Assembly (NCBI GenBank): GCA_050951805.1
Contig: JBMNJT010000002.1
Coordinates: 1,152,001-1,216,000 of the forward strand
Length of the DNA: 64,000 nt
Direction: 5' to 3'
From: Bacillota bacterium
GTDB taxonomy: Bacteria; Bacillota; DTU025
In this document: positions 27,991 to 37,577 of the stretch, piece after piece
Position numbering within the stretch: position 1 is the first letter of the stretch
Layout: every line of letters starts with the position of its first letter
Position numbers and translations under genes: made by a program
Notes under the pieces: model-generated
What the model was told of the DNA's origin: nothing
Databases searched by the model: none
Seen by the model: the letters and a program-made list of their open reading frames with translations, nothing else

Positions 27991-29393
27991 TGCGCCTAGG
28001 ACTGGTGAAACTCCCTTTAGTGCAGGTGGGAGGTGGCGGCCTCGCAGAAGAGGCAATCGCGGGAAGAACTCCAGGATCGGCGTGGATAGCCGGGACGGTC
28101 CGGATGGTGAAAAAGGGGAAAACAAGTGTGCGTTCTGGAGGCGCTGGCCAGGTTGGGACTGGCCCGAAAGGCATGCGGGAGCGGAGCAGTTGCAGCCCTG
28201 CCAAGGTCGCCGTCATCATGATCTGCTTTATCTTGTGTTCGCATTGGGCTGTGGCTAAATGCTCGGGCCGAGGCGAATCCGGGATTGCCGATAGCCCCGA
28301 TAGTCTTCTGGCAGAAGCTGCAATGGAACAGATATCGGCGATGGATGTTGCCGAGATTGAGCGCTTCATCCGCGGCCTCGATGATGATATAGCGGAGAAT
28401 ATGCCCGAATTTAACATAATAGAGATTATGTCAAATCAAGCAGCGGGAATCTTCGACCTTGGCGGGCTCGCGCGGAAAGCCGTATCCTTTCTCCTTCGGG
28501 AAGTCAAAGTCAATCTGAAGCTCCTCGGGGAGCTGATAGTAGTGGCGATGATCGGTTCGATACTGTGCACTTTCGGATCGGGATTGGGGGAGGAGGGCCC
28601 GTGCGCCATGGCATGGGCTGTATGCTACATGACCCTGGTTACAATGGGAATAAGATCCTTTTCGGTGTCCGCGGATCTCGCGACAGGCGCTGTCGACAGC
28701 ATGATCTCCTTTATGCATGCCATAATCCCGGCGTTGGTCGGACTCCTTGCAACATCTGGAGGGGTGACGACCGCCGCAGTAGTTTCACCTCTGGTGCTCG
28801 TGGCCACCACGACTGTTGGAACTTTGGTGAAGACGACAGTCATCCCTCTGTTGCTGCTCGGTGCTGCGCTCACGCTTGTTGGGAATGTGAGCGACCGAAA
28901 ACAGGTGACGAAACTGGCCAGCCTTTTGCGCTGGTGGTCTATGACCATTCTGGGCCTCGCGTCAACCTTGTTCGTGGCGTTCGTGGGCGTGCGTGGAGGG
29001 CTCGCTTCTGTTTCAGATGCGGCGTCGGCGAAGGCCGCCAAGTTCCTCGCAGGTAGCATGATTCCGGTTATTGGCAAGGTGTTTGGGGACGCGATAGATT
29101 TGGTCGCTGCGTCTTCCCTAGTTGTTAGGGGTGCCTTGGGCGCCTTTGGCCTAGTGTCGCTCGTGGTTGTCTGCCTGTTTCCTGTTTTCAAGATGGTCGC
29201 GGTAATGCTCATGTTCAAGATTGCAGCAGCAGTAGCCGAACCGCTGGGGGATCCACGCGTGTCAGACTGTCTTGCGGAGCTTGCGGATGTCCTCTCCGCC
29301 CTGTGCATCTGTGTGACCACAGTCGGTTTGATGTTCTTCATCTGCATATCCCTCGTTGTGGGGTTGAGTGGGCTCGTGGTGGCGATCCGCTGA
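27987..29393 (+). CDS. spoIIIAE: Stage III sporulation protein AE
   Basis: Polytopic membrane protein with KAAKFLAGSMIPVIG..DA and EPLGD. The start is uncertain (27987 or 28173). Confidence 0.9.
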   Translation: MMRLGLVKLPLVQVGGGGLAEEAIAGRTPGSAWIAGTVRMVKKGKTSVRSGGAGQVGTGPKGMRERSSCSPAKVAVIMICFILCSHWAVAKCSGRGESGIADSPDSLLAEAAMEQISAMDVAEIERFIRGLDDDIAENMPEFNIIEIMSNQAAGIFDLGGLARKAVSFLLREVKVNLKLLGELIVVAMIGSILCTFGSGLGEEGPCAMAWAVCYMTLVTMGIRSFSVSADLATGAVDSMISFMHAIIPALVGLLATSGGVTTAAVVSPLVLVATTTVGTLVKTTVIPLLLLGAALTLVGNVSDRKQVTKLASLLRWWSMTILGLASTLFVAFVGVRGGLASVSDAASAKAAKFLAGSMIPVIGKVFGDAIDLVAASSLVVRGALGAFGLVSLVVVCLFPVFKMVAVMLMFKIAAAVAEPLGDPRVSDCLAELADVLSALCICVTTVGLMFFICISLVVGLSGLVVAIR

Positions 29394-29543
29394 CTCTTTT
29401 TGGCGTAGGCGCGCCGCAAGGGAGTTAGGTTGTTGCCAGGGTTCAAGCTGCCCTTGAGGCTGCTTGGTGAATCAGGGCGTTATTAGGCAACGTGGCGGGC
29501 GCCGAATCAGGTGCCATGTCGATGCTTTGGAGGTGGATGGCGC

Positions 29544-30071
29544 GTGGAAGCCATATCCGCGTGGGTGAGGGGGATCGTCGTCCTGGTGTTGGCGGTTACT
29601 TTCCTTGAAATGCTCGTTCCCAGGTCGGGCCTGAAAAAGTTCGTCGACATGGTTATGGGCCTTGCGGTGATAGCGGGCATCATTGCTCCATTGGTCAACA
29701 TCGGAATGGGATACGTCGATGGCAAGCTGGCGGAGGCAGACAGGTTTGCCATGTCAGGAAACTTGGGGACGCTAGGGGAGCCACGCGGATTGGACGGCCA
29801 ACAGATCGCCGCGGAACTTACGGAGACCGTTATTGAGGCGAAGGTGCGCGAAGCGCTTGCCGCCCGGTTCTACGGAAAGAACTGTTTCTGGGAAGTCCGG
29901 GCATCCATCGATCGCAGTGGCGCGCTGCTGGGGATAGAAGTGAATGTGAGCTTTGGGGGCGCTGCTGAAGGTTGTGCCCGCCCCGGCGACTCTGAAATAG
30001 CTGCCGCTGCATCCGCAGCCTTGGGGGTTGACCCAGAGATGATCATTGTAAGGCAGGTGGGAAGAAGATGA
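29544..30071 (+). CDS. spoIIIAF: Stage III sporulation protein AF
   Basis: ISAWVRGIVVLVLAVTFLEMLVP...KKFVDMVMGL...P. GGAGG RBS. Confidence 0.9.
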   Translation: MEAISAWVRGIVVLVLAVTFLEMLVPRSGLKKFVDMVMGLAVIAGIIAPLVNIGMGYVDGKLAEADRFAMSGNLGTLGEPRGLDGQQIAAELTETVIEAKVREALAARFYGKNCFWEVRASIDRSGALLGIEVNVSFGGAAEGCARPGDSEIAAAASAALGVDPEMIIVRQVGRR

Positions 30072-30712
30072 GCGAAGAGAGACGATTTGGTACGGATTTG
30101 CTGAACATGCCGGGGCTCAAACCACTGCTTCTCCTGGCCGGCTTGGGTGTGCTATTGATCATCGTGGGGAGCCTTGTTAAGACTTCACCGCGTGATTCCG
30201 GCAATGCAATTGATGGCTATTCTGGCCTAGAACCGATTTCTTCGGAAACATCGCCTCCTTCGTCGGCCGTGGGCGACCGGCTTTCCGACTTGTCCCCTGC
30301 AGACAGATACCGGGTTGACCTTGAAACGAGATCGGCAGCTATTCTCTCAAAGGTGGAGGGAGCAGGCACAGTCAGTGTCCAGATAACTTTGGAAGGCGGC
30401 ACATACCGGGAGTACGCGGTCAATTCCGTGGAGGAATACAAAAATGTGGATGAGAAGATGTCGTCGGGCGAGGCGAGGGTGACGACTGAGAAGCGAGAAA
30501 CCCGCGACGTCGTCTTGCCTTCTCATCCCTCTTCAGGGCGCGGACAGTCTCCTATCTTGGTTTTGGAACGCTCTCCTGCTATCTCCGGAGTGCTGGTGGC
30601 GGCGTCGGGCGCATCGGATTCAAGAACCAAACGGGAGCTTGCCGAAGCTGCACAGACGCTCCTTGGTGTGCCGGCTCACAGGGTCATGGTCGTGGTTGCC
30701 AAGTCCCCGTAG
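30068..30712 (+). CDS. spoIIIAG: Stage III sporulation protein AG
   Basis: TM segment, ILSKVEGAGTVSVQITLE, P.ISGVLVAASGA, LGVPAHRV. Confidence 0.93.
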   Translation: MSEERRFGTDLLNMPGLKPLLLLAGLGVLLIIVGSLVKTSPRDSGNAIDGYSGLEPISSETSPPSSAVGDRLSDLSPADRYRVDLETRSAAILSKVEGAGTVSVQITLEGGTYREYAVNSVEEYKNVDEKMSSGEARVTTEKRETRDVVLPSHPSSGRGQSPILVLERSPAISGVLVAASGASDSRTKRELAEAAQTLLGVPAHRVMVVVAKSP

Positions 30713-30802
30713 GCAGCTAGCACGGATGTGATCGAAAACTTGCACTCGGTCCTTGTCGGCGGAAATCTTCGAATTGCAGACGCGCAGACCGGGAGGTGGG
30801 CA

Positions 30803-31519
30803 ATGTCCATGATAAAGAAGACAAAGCAATACTTTGGGCAGCGTGGTGATAGATTCTGGCTCAAGGCATCCTACCTGATGCTGGCGGTGGCGGTGGTGAT
30901 CCTGGGAATCACGGCGATCGTAGACCCCGACCTCTATCGTCGCCGCTCATCTGCGCCGGCAGTTGACGCCGAAGGCGACAACGGTTTGAGTGTTACGGAA
31001 GACAACGGTAGTGAGGAGGATCTGTCGGAAGGAGAGGAGTCTGCCGATTTGCGTGGAGCGACTCTGCCGACATCCGTCCTCTCAGATGGTAATGACCAGT
31101 ATGGGTCCGTCGGGGGCCCGGGCTCGGTCACGCCCTTCGGCGCCGAGCCTTTCATCATGCCATCGGGAGCAGACTTTTTCGAAGAACTCAAGATTGATCG
31201 CGACAAGACGCGTTCTCGCGAACGCGAAGTGATCCAAGATCTCATCGAAGATCCGAATACCCACCCAGATGTGCGCAAGCGCGCACAGGAGGCTCTTCTT
31301 TCCCTGGCGGAACGAGCACGGCGCGAGGCTGAAGCTGAAAGCATGATACAGGCAAAAGGATACGAGCAGGCTGTGGTCTTTCTATCGGAGGCTGGCGCAA
31401 GCGTGGTCGTAAAGTCGGGAAGACTTGAAGAAGCGGAAGTCAAGCGTATAGGCGATGCGGTGTCGGCCGCTACAGGCATGGAGTTGCGGCGGATCAGCAT
31501 AATGGAGAGAGAACCGTGA
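30803..31519 (+). CDS. spoIIIAH: Stage III sporulation protein AH
   Basis: TM segment, FFEELKIDRDKTRS, E.MIQAKGYEQAVV. Confidence 0.92.
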   Translation: MSMIKKTKQYFGQRGDRFWLKASYLMLAVAVVILGITAIVDPDLYRRRSSAPAVDAEGDNGLSVTEDNGSEEDLSEGEESADLRGATLPTSVLSDGNDQYGSVGGPGSVTPFGAEPFIMPSGADFFEELKIDRDKTRSREREVIQDLIEDPNTHPDVRKRAQEALLSLAERARREAEAESMIQAKGYEQAVVFLSEAGASVVVKSGRLEEAEVKRIGDAVSAATGMELRRISIMEREP

Positions 31520-31641
31520 AGGATAATCTAGGCATGCGGTGAATTCATTTCTATGATTGGCTACTTGGGGACCGGCAGTTCTGTTATAATGCTAATATGA
31601 TCAGCGAGGGTTCCTCTGGACGCTTGCCAGGAGGTGTGAAT

Positions 31642-32025
31642 ATGGAGCTTATGGAAGATCCGGGAATGGGATCTGTCAAAATCGCAAATGAAGTGGTAGC
31701 AGTCATAGCCGGCCTTGCAACTATCGAAGTTGAAGGCATTGCAGGGATGAGCGGCGGAATAGCGGAAGGCTGGAGCGAGCTGTGGGGCAAGAAGAACCTG
31801 GCCCGTGGGGTCAAGGTTGAGGTCGGCGAGCAGCAGGCGGCAGTCGATCTGAACGTCGTGGTGAAATATGGCGCGGTAATACCTGAGGTCTGCGAAGAGG
31901 TTCAGCGCAACGTCAAAAGGACGATCGAGATTATGACCGGCTTGGAAGTGGTTCAAGTCAATGTCCATGTGACTAACGTGTTCATTGAGGAGAAGGAGAC
32001 ATCTACCGATGTTCGGGTTCGTTAG
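31642..32025 (+). CDS. Asp23/Gls24 family protein (YqhY-like)
   Basis: GSVKIANEVVAVIAGLA..EVEGIAGMSGG, GVKVEVGE, MTGLEV..VNVHV. Confidence 0.93.
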   Translation: MELMEDPGMGSVKIANEVVAVIAGLATIEVEGIAGMSGGIAEGWSELWGKKNLARGVKVEVGEQQAAVDLNVVVKYGAVIPEVCEEVQRNVKRTIEIMTGLEVVQVNVHVTNVFIEEKETSTDVRVR

Positions 32026-32063
32026 CAATATCGCCTGTTACCTTGATGACGGGGGTGGCCACA

Positions 32064-32603
32064 TTGAAAACCATTGACCGAGTGATTCTCATTGCCACCG
32101 CTGTAATCATAGTCTTCCTCGGTTCGGTGGTTCTTGCGTCTGTTTCGGGGGGAGGATTCCCCAATGCCTTTGCCATTGCTTTTTATGATTCAGTGGCGAG
32201 CAATAGGATTGCAGCTGCCATAATCGGCATCGCGATAGTTCTTGTAACTTTGTATGTGATCATGATGGCTCTTAGAGTAGAGGAGTCAGCGGAACCGATT
32301 ATCACTGGGACAGGTCTTGGCGATGTGCAGATTTCCATGGCTGCTGTGGAGGCCATTGCGCAGAGGGCTGCCCAGAAGGTGGATGGTGTCCGCAACGTTG
32401 AGGCTGCAGCGGAGGGCAATGAGGATGGCATCACACTTCATGCGCGCATAAATGTTTATCCTGATGTTAGCATCCCAGAGGTTTGTGAAAACCTGGAAAG
32501 AGAGCTTTCCGAAGCAATGCATGCCGTTATAGGGTTGCCAGTCAAATCCATACACACGGTTGTTAAAGGAGTATCACGCATGGAGAGCAAGCCCCGACCG
32601 TAG
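32064..32603 (+). CDS. amaP: Alkaline shock response membrane anchor AmaP
   Basis: Two N-terminal TMs, G.VQIS..AVE.IA, and synteny asp23-amaP-DUF2273-nusB. Confidence 0.8.
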   Translation: MKTIDRVILIATAVIIVFLGSVVLASVSGGGFPNAFAIAFYDSVASNRIAAAIIGIAIVLVTLYVIMMALRVEESAEPIITGTGLGDVQISMAAVEAIAQRAAQKVDGVRNVEAAAEGNEDGITLHARINVYPDVSIPEVCENLERELSEAMHAVIGLPVKSIHTVVKGVSRMESKPRP

Positions 32604-32645
32604 GGCGCTGAGCGACGCATAAAGTGGGGGCAATGCCTGGAGGAG

Positions 32646-32885
32646 ATGGTCCGCATGCCTTGGTTTGGAGACGGCAGATTCAATGTTCCCGAAGGTAGCT
32701 CCGGACAGTTTGTGGGGGCTATCGTAGGCGCCATCTTCGGGCTGCTCGTCTTGATCGCAGGATTTTGGCGAGCGCTCGCTTTTGCGCTTTTTGTGGGAAT
32801 CGGTTTTATTGTAGGCAGATACATCGATGTTAATGACGAATTCAGGGAGAGGTTTGCGCGGCGGTTTGGACGTCGGCGAAACTGA
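32646..32885 (+). CDS. DUF2273 small membrane protein
   Basis: GAIVGAIFGLLVLIAGFWRAL...IGFIVGRYID. Confidence 0.8.
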   Translation: MVRMPWFGDGRFNVPEGSSGQFVGAIVGAIFGLLVLIAGFWRALAFALFVGIGFIVGRYIDVNDEFRERFARRFGRRRN

Positions 32886-32901
32886 CAGGAGTGGTTGACG
32901 C

Positions 32902-33459
32902 ATGCGCTCAGAAAGGCGGCGGGCCCGTGAGGCCGCCATGCGAGCCCTTTATCAAATGGACATGTCAGGGTGCACATCGGAAGATGCGATTTCCTATGCA
33001 GTATCGAGCTCTTCCGACCTTGATCTTCCCGAGCGGGCGCAGGGATATGCTTCTCAGCTTGTGTGTGCCGCGGTGGAGAGAATGACAGAGATAGATGCTG
33101 TTATGGCGGGGATCGCCCATGATTGGGCGGTCCAGCGGATGTCGCCAACCGATCGGAATATCATGAGGATAGCAGTATGCGAAATGCTTTATCTTAAGGA
33201 CGTGCCTGTGGCTACTGCCATCGACGAGGCCGTCGAAATCGCCAAGCTTTATGGGACTGCCGATTCTCCGAGATTCGTCAACGGAATCTTGGGGGCCTTG
33301 GCTGAGCGCATCAAGGATGGCCAGGGCCCAGCGGATGGTGCGGATGCGGGCGAGGGCCGTGCCGAGTCATCTGACGCAGCCAGCGGCGGCGACGTGGAAG
33401 GAGATTCTGGGGGCGAATGTCTTGGCGGGGCGCATGAAGGTCGGGACACTCGGGTTTGA
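32902..33459 (+). CDS. nusB: Transcription antitermination factor NusB
   Basis: RRRAREAAMRALYQ, DRNIMRIAVCE, IDEAVEIAKLYG...RFVNGILG. Confidence 0.96.
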   Translation: MRSERRRAREAAMRALYQMDMSGCTSEDAISYAVSSSSDLDLPERAQGYASQLVCAAVERMTEIDAVMAGIAHDWAVQRMSPTDRNIMRIAVCEMLYLKDVPVATAIDEAVEIAKLYGTADSPRFVNGILGALAERIKDGQGPADGADAGEGRAESSDAASGGDVEGDSGGECLGGAHEGRDTRV

Positions 33460-34417
33460 TACGAGCTGCTATACAACTTCAGTGGCTCTTGTAATCAGCG
33501 GCATCCTCGCCTATGATGGCAGGGCGCCGCTTCAGGTTTCCAAGGGCAAAGTAGGGCTCAGACAGTCGGAGGCCCTGTTTCAGCATGTCCGTAACCTGCC
33601 TCGCCTTGTTGAGGAAGCATGTGATGTGGCGAGGCGGGAATCATGCGACATTGTTGCCGTCGGGGCCAGCGCATGGCCGCGACGTATGGAAGGATCCTAC
33701 ATGCCCGTCTTTCTTGCGTCATCAGGGTATGGCCGCGCTGTAGCGGCTGCCCTTGAAGCGCCGTGCTTGGAGATATCTCACCAGGAAGGCCACATTGCCG
33801 CGGCCAGGTGGTCTTCGGGACTCGAATCTCGAGGAGGCTTTCTCGCCCTTCACCTTTCCGGAGGCACGACCGAGCTTCTCAGTGTCCATGACAGGTTTGA
33901 AATGGAGCTTTTGGGGGGCACTGGCGATCTCAACGCGGGGCAGTTTATCGACAGGGTAGGGGTGGCTCTCGGGCTTCCGTTCCCTGCGGGGCCCGACCTT
34001 GAGCGCCTTGCTGGACACGGCGTTCCGGGGCGGGTCAGGCTTCCGGTGGCCGTTAGTGGGCTCAAGGTGAGCTTTTCTGGCCCTTGCTCGGCCGCCATGA
34101 GAGAATTGGATTCAGGGGCCGGCCATGCCGACATGGCATACGCGGTGCTCGAGTGCATAGGCAGATCGGTCGGCGCAATGTGTTGCGAGGGATTGCGCTT
34201 CTTCCGGGCGCAGGAGCTTCTTGTTGCGGGAGGCGTGGCGTCAAACTACATCATCAGGCGTATCCTCTCCGAGACAATCGAAGACCAGCTCCCGGACGCA
34301 AAAGTGTATTATGCTTCGCCCGAGCATTCAAGGGACAATGCCGTAGGATGCGCGCTTCTTGCGTGGCAGATGCATTTGGAGGGCATGCGCGAATCACGGG
34401 AAGAAGGCAAGGAGTGA
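33434..34417 (+). CDS. Kae1/TsaD-like paralogue (annotated elsewhere as O-sialoglycoprotein endopeptidase)
   Basis: LGFDTSCYTTS, SHQEGH, HLSGGTTEL, GQFIDRVG..LGLPFPAG, GGVASN, DNAVG. Confidence 0.85.
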   Translation: MKVGTLGFDTSCYTTSVALVISGILAYDGRAPLQVSKGKVGLRQSEALFQHVRNLPRLVEEACDVARRESCDIVAVGASAWPRRMEGSYMPVFLASSGYGRAVAAALEAPCLEISHQEGHIAAARWSSGLESRGGFLALHLSGGTTELLSVHDRFEMELLGGTGDLNAGQFIDRVGVALGLPFPAGPDLERLAGHGVPGRVRLPVAVSGLKVSFSGPCSAAMRELDSGAGHADMAYAVLECIGRSVGAMCCEGLRFFRAQELLVAGGVASNYIIRRILSETIEDQLPDAKVYYASPEHSRDNAVGCALLAWQMHLEGMRESREEGKE

Positions 34418-34423
34418 ATGTAG

Positions 34424-35719
34424 ATGGCAGGTCGGTACAAGGCGGGTACGTCTGGGGCTTCAGATGGAGGCTTTGGGCCACATGGGTCCACTGGAACATG
34501 TGGAGCCTGTGGATCAGACGGGAGTTTCAGTGTGTCGGGGATTCCGAACTTGCCTGGCATGCCGCAGATGGCGGGAAAGGTAGGGTCTTACGAGATCTTC
34601 ACCGTATCCGAGATTACCCGTCGGGTGGCGCGGGCCCTGGACCGAGATCCGGTTTTGGGTGATATCTGGGTGAATGGAGAAATAGCCAATTTTACCCATC
34701 ATTCGTCCGGACACATCTATTTTACCTTGAAGGACGATAGTTCGCGGCTTCGCGCGGTGATGTTCCGAGGGAGCAACATTGGGTTGCGGTTCCGCCCTGC
34801 CGATGGAATGCGCGTTTACGCCCATGGGTATGTAGGCGTTTACGAGCGTGGAGGAGAATACCAGCTATATGTTGACTTGATGGAGCCCGCGGGCCTCGGC
34901 GAGCTCTACCTGGCCTTCCAGCAACTCCGAGCCAAACTGGAGGCGGAAGGGCTATTTGACCCTGCCGCCAAGAGGCCGCTGCCGAAGTTTCCGAGACGCC
35001 TTGGTGTGATCACGTCCCCTACTGGAGCTGCGGTGCGCGACATAATAACTGTGACTCGAAGGCGTTGGCCGGGAATTGACATACTGGTAATTCCAGCTCT
35101 TGTGCAGGGCTCGGATGCTCCCGCCAGCATAGTTCAGGCCTTCGATCGAGCCGGTCAAGTCCGTGACATCGACGTAATCATAGTGGGGAGGGGCGGGGGC
35201 TCTGCCGAGGAATTGTGGGCCTTTAACGATGAGGAAGTAGCCAGGGCAATAAGGCGATCCCGAGTTCCGGTTGTGTCTGCCGTAGGGCATGAAACTGATT
35301 TTACTATTGCCGATTTTGCTGCTGATGTGCGGGCGCCCACCCCGTCCGCCGCCGCGGAGCTGGTTGTGCCTGATGCATCGGCTTATGCCCACCATGTTGA
35401 GTTGTTGGAAGCCAGGCTAGTTCGCACAGTTCGAATGCGAGTAATGCAAAGGCGCCAGTATGTGGACGAGCTGAGCAGGCGACTTATTCAAGCAATTCAG
35501 ACGAAGTTGCGAACAAGCAAGGATCGCCTTGAGTATCTCGGCAGGATGCTGGACGCTCTTGACCCAGAGGCTGTTCTCGGGCGGGGCTATGCGATATGTC
35601 GTGGACAAGACGGGACGGTATTGCGCAGAGCTGACCAGGTTGCCGGGGGAGACGAAGTCACAGTACAGCTTGGCTGCGGTGAACTCGGTTGCACAATCCA
35701 TGATGTGAAGGTGGGTTGA
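34424..35719 (+). CDS. xseA: Exodeoxyribonuclease VII large subunit
   Basis: GEIANF..HSSGHIYFTLKD, ITSPTGAAVRD, GRGGGSAEELWAFNDE, SAVGHETD, APTPSAAAE, LGRGY. Confidence 0.96.
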   Translation: MAGRYKAGTSGASDGGFGPHGSTGTCGACGSDGSFSVSGIPNLPGMPQMAGKVGSYEIFTVSEITRRVARALDRDPVLGDIWVNGEIANFTHHSSGHIYFTLKDDSSRLRAVMFRGSNIGLRFRPADGMRVYAHGYVGVYERGGEYQLYVDLMEPAGLGELYLAFQQLRAKLEAEGLFDPAAKRPLPKFPRRLGVITSPTGAAVRDIITVTRRRWPGIDILVIPALVQGSDAPASIVQAFDRAGQVRDIDVIIVGRGGGSAEELWAFNDEEVARAIRRSRVPVVSAVGHETDFTIADFAADVRAPTPSAAAELVVPDASAYAHHVELLEARLVRTVRMRVMQRRQYVDELSRRLIQAIQTKLRTSKDRLEYLGRMLDALDPEAVLGRGYAICRGQDGTVLRRADQVAGGDEVTVQLGCGELGCTIHDVKVG

Positions 35720-35722
35720 AGA

Positions 35723-35992
35723 ATGAGCATTCCTTCGGACATGACTTTTGAAACGGCTCTCGCCCGCTTGGAGAAGATAGTCGAAAAGATGGATTCAGGC
35801 GAGCCGTCGCTTGAAGAGGCGCTCAAGCTTTTCAGCGAAGGCACTGAACTAGTGCGATATTGTTCCTCCGTAATCGAAGATGCTGAAGGCAAGCTGGAGG
35901 TACTAGTCCAGGGCAAAGATGGAAGGGACGTGGCCGTGCCCTTCGAAGAGTTCAACTCAGGAGACGAAGACAGGGAGGATGACGAAGCTTGA
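35723..35992 (+). CDS. xseB: Exodeoxyribonuclease VII small subunit
   Basis: TFETALARLEKIVEKMDSGE.SLEEALKLFSEG. Confidence 0.95.
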   Translation: MSIPSDMTFETALARLEKIVEKMDSGEPSLEEALKLFSEGTELVRYCSSVIEDAEGKLEVLVQGKDGRDVAVPFEEFNSGDEDREDDEA

Positions 35993-36880
35993 GGTTGCCC
36001 CAATGGTATTCCGAATTCGTGGAAAAAGTGGATGCGGCTCTCGATGACGTGATGCCCGGGGGCGATGTGGAACTGCGGGCATTACATGAGGCAATGCGTT
36101 ACTCCGTATTTCCGGGCGGAAAGAGAATCAGGCCCGCTATGGTCCGGGCATCCTGTTCTGCCGTGGCAAGAATGCATCCGGGTTGCCACTACCGATGCAG
36201 TGATTTGGCCTTCAGTCGCCCTGGAACTCGTCCATTGCTATTCGCTGATCCACGACGATTTGCCGTGCATGGATGATGATGATTACAGGCGAGGCAAGCC
36301 TTCATGTCACAAGGCGTATGGCGAAGCCGTGGCCCTTCTGGCTGGAGATGCCCTTCTCACATTGGCTTTTGAGGTCCTCACGAACAATGGTTTTGTGGAT
36401 GTGGTTGGCCCCGATGCGACCTGCTCTTGTGTACAGGCATTGGCGTCGGCGGCGGGCGGCAATGGCATGATTGGCGGGCAGGTATTGGACATCTCTCCTT
36501 GGCCGTGGCCCGGATCTGAACGTGTCGATTCCGGTGCCTTGTGCCGGATGGAGATGCTGAAGACGGGAAAGCTTTTCGAGTGTGCGGCGGAAATGGGCGG
36601 GATCGTGGGAGGCGCAAATGCCGAGGAGCTCGGGGTGGTTTGCGGGATCGCTGCCGACATTGGGCTTGCTTTTCAGATCCGTGACGACCTCGAAGATGCA
36701 GATTCTCAAAGGGACAGTGGAAGAAGTGGATTCCTGACCGCGGTCTCGGTATGGGGAATCGATGGTGCGCGACGGCAATTTGCGGCTCTAATGGATTCTG
36801 CAAGGACGAAATGTGCAGTTTTGGGAGACGCTGCTTCAGAGTTGACAGACATAATTGACATTGTCGACAGGGAATGGTAG
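35989..36880 (+). pseudogene. ispA: Farnesyl-diphosphate synthase IspA split by a +1 frameshift (real lesion or assembly error)
   Basis: Frame 1 has AMRYSV.PGGKRIRP. Frame 2 has ELVHCYSLIHDDLPCMDDDDYRRGKPSCH, GGQVLD, KTGKL and GLAFQIRDD. The switch lies near 36160-36200. Confidence 0.85.
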
Positions 36881-36890
36881 TGGTGAGCTG

Positions 36891-37355
36891 ATGTTTGCGC
36901 CCGATACAGGATTGTTTAGCAACAGAATACTGTGGACATCCATATTGGCCTGGGCCATAGCCCAGACACTCAAGGTATTTACATGCATATGGGCTGAAGG
37001 CAAGCCCGACTGGTCAAAGATTGTAGGCCCGGGAGGCATGCCCAGTTCCCATTCGGCCTTCGTTACAAGTATCGCAGTGGGAGTGGGGATCCAGGAAGGA
37101 TGGAACTCAGCTCTATTCGCGGTGACGGTGGGATTTGCCCTTGTCGTGATGTACGATGCCGCAGGTATCAGGCGGGCTGCCGGGGAGCATGCGCAAGTCC
37201 TAAACCAGCTTATCGAGAGGGCGTTTCGGGAGGGGTATCTGGAGTCTACGAAGTTACGGGAGCTTCTCGGACACACACCGCTCGAAGTGGCAATGGGCGC
37301 CTTCCTCGGGATTGTGGTGTCTTGGCTCATGATAGGATGGGCATTGAAAGGCTAG
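36891..37355 (+). CDS. Divergent PAP2 family protein (DUF212, YuiD-like)
   Basis: AQTLK, GGMPSSHSA, VMYDAAGIRRAAGEHAQVLN, LRELLGHTPLEV. Confidence 0.93.
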   Translation: MFAPDTGLFSNRILWTSILAWAIAQTLKVFTCIWAEGKPDWSKIVGPGGMPSSHSAFVTSIAVGVGIQEGWNSALFAVTVGFALVVMYDAAGIRRAAGEHAQVLNQLIERAFREGYLESTKLRELLGHTPLEVAMGAFLGIVVSWLMIGWALKG

Positions 37356-37535
37356 CCGTTTTTGGACGATGCACGCTTCGCTCGATCTGTTTAATATAGA
37401 AGTCTGTCGAGAAATCTCTGTGGCTTGGAACCTGCATTGCCGGAAGTGTTGAGCCGTTCAAGCCAGGTCGATCCTGGCATTGTCAGCCATATGGATGACT
37501 GACAGCTCCCGACCGACACGCTCGCGCAGCTGCCA

Positions 37536-37564
37536 TTGAATGGGTCTAGGTTTTGCGGTATAAT
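37536..37564 (+). promoter_or_regulatory. Sigma-A promoter of the OLE RNA operon
   Basis: TTGAAT-N17-TATAAT ending 13 nt before the OLE terminal stem. Confidence 0.8.
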
Positions 37565-37577
37565 GTTGATCGAACAG

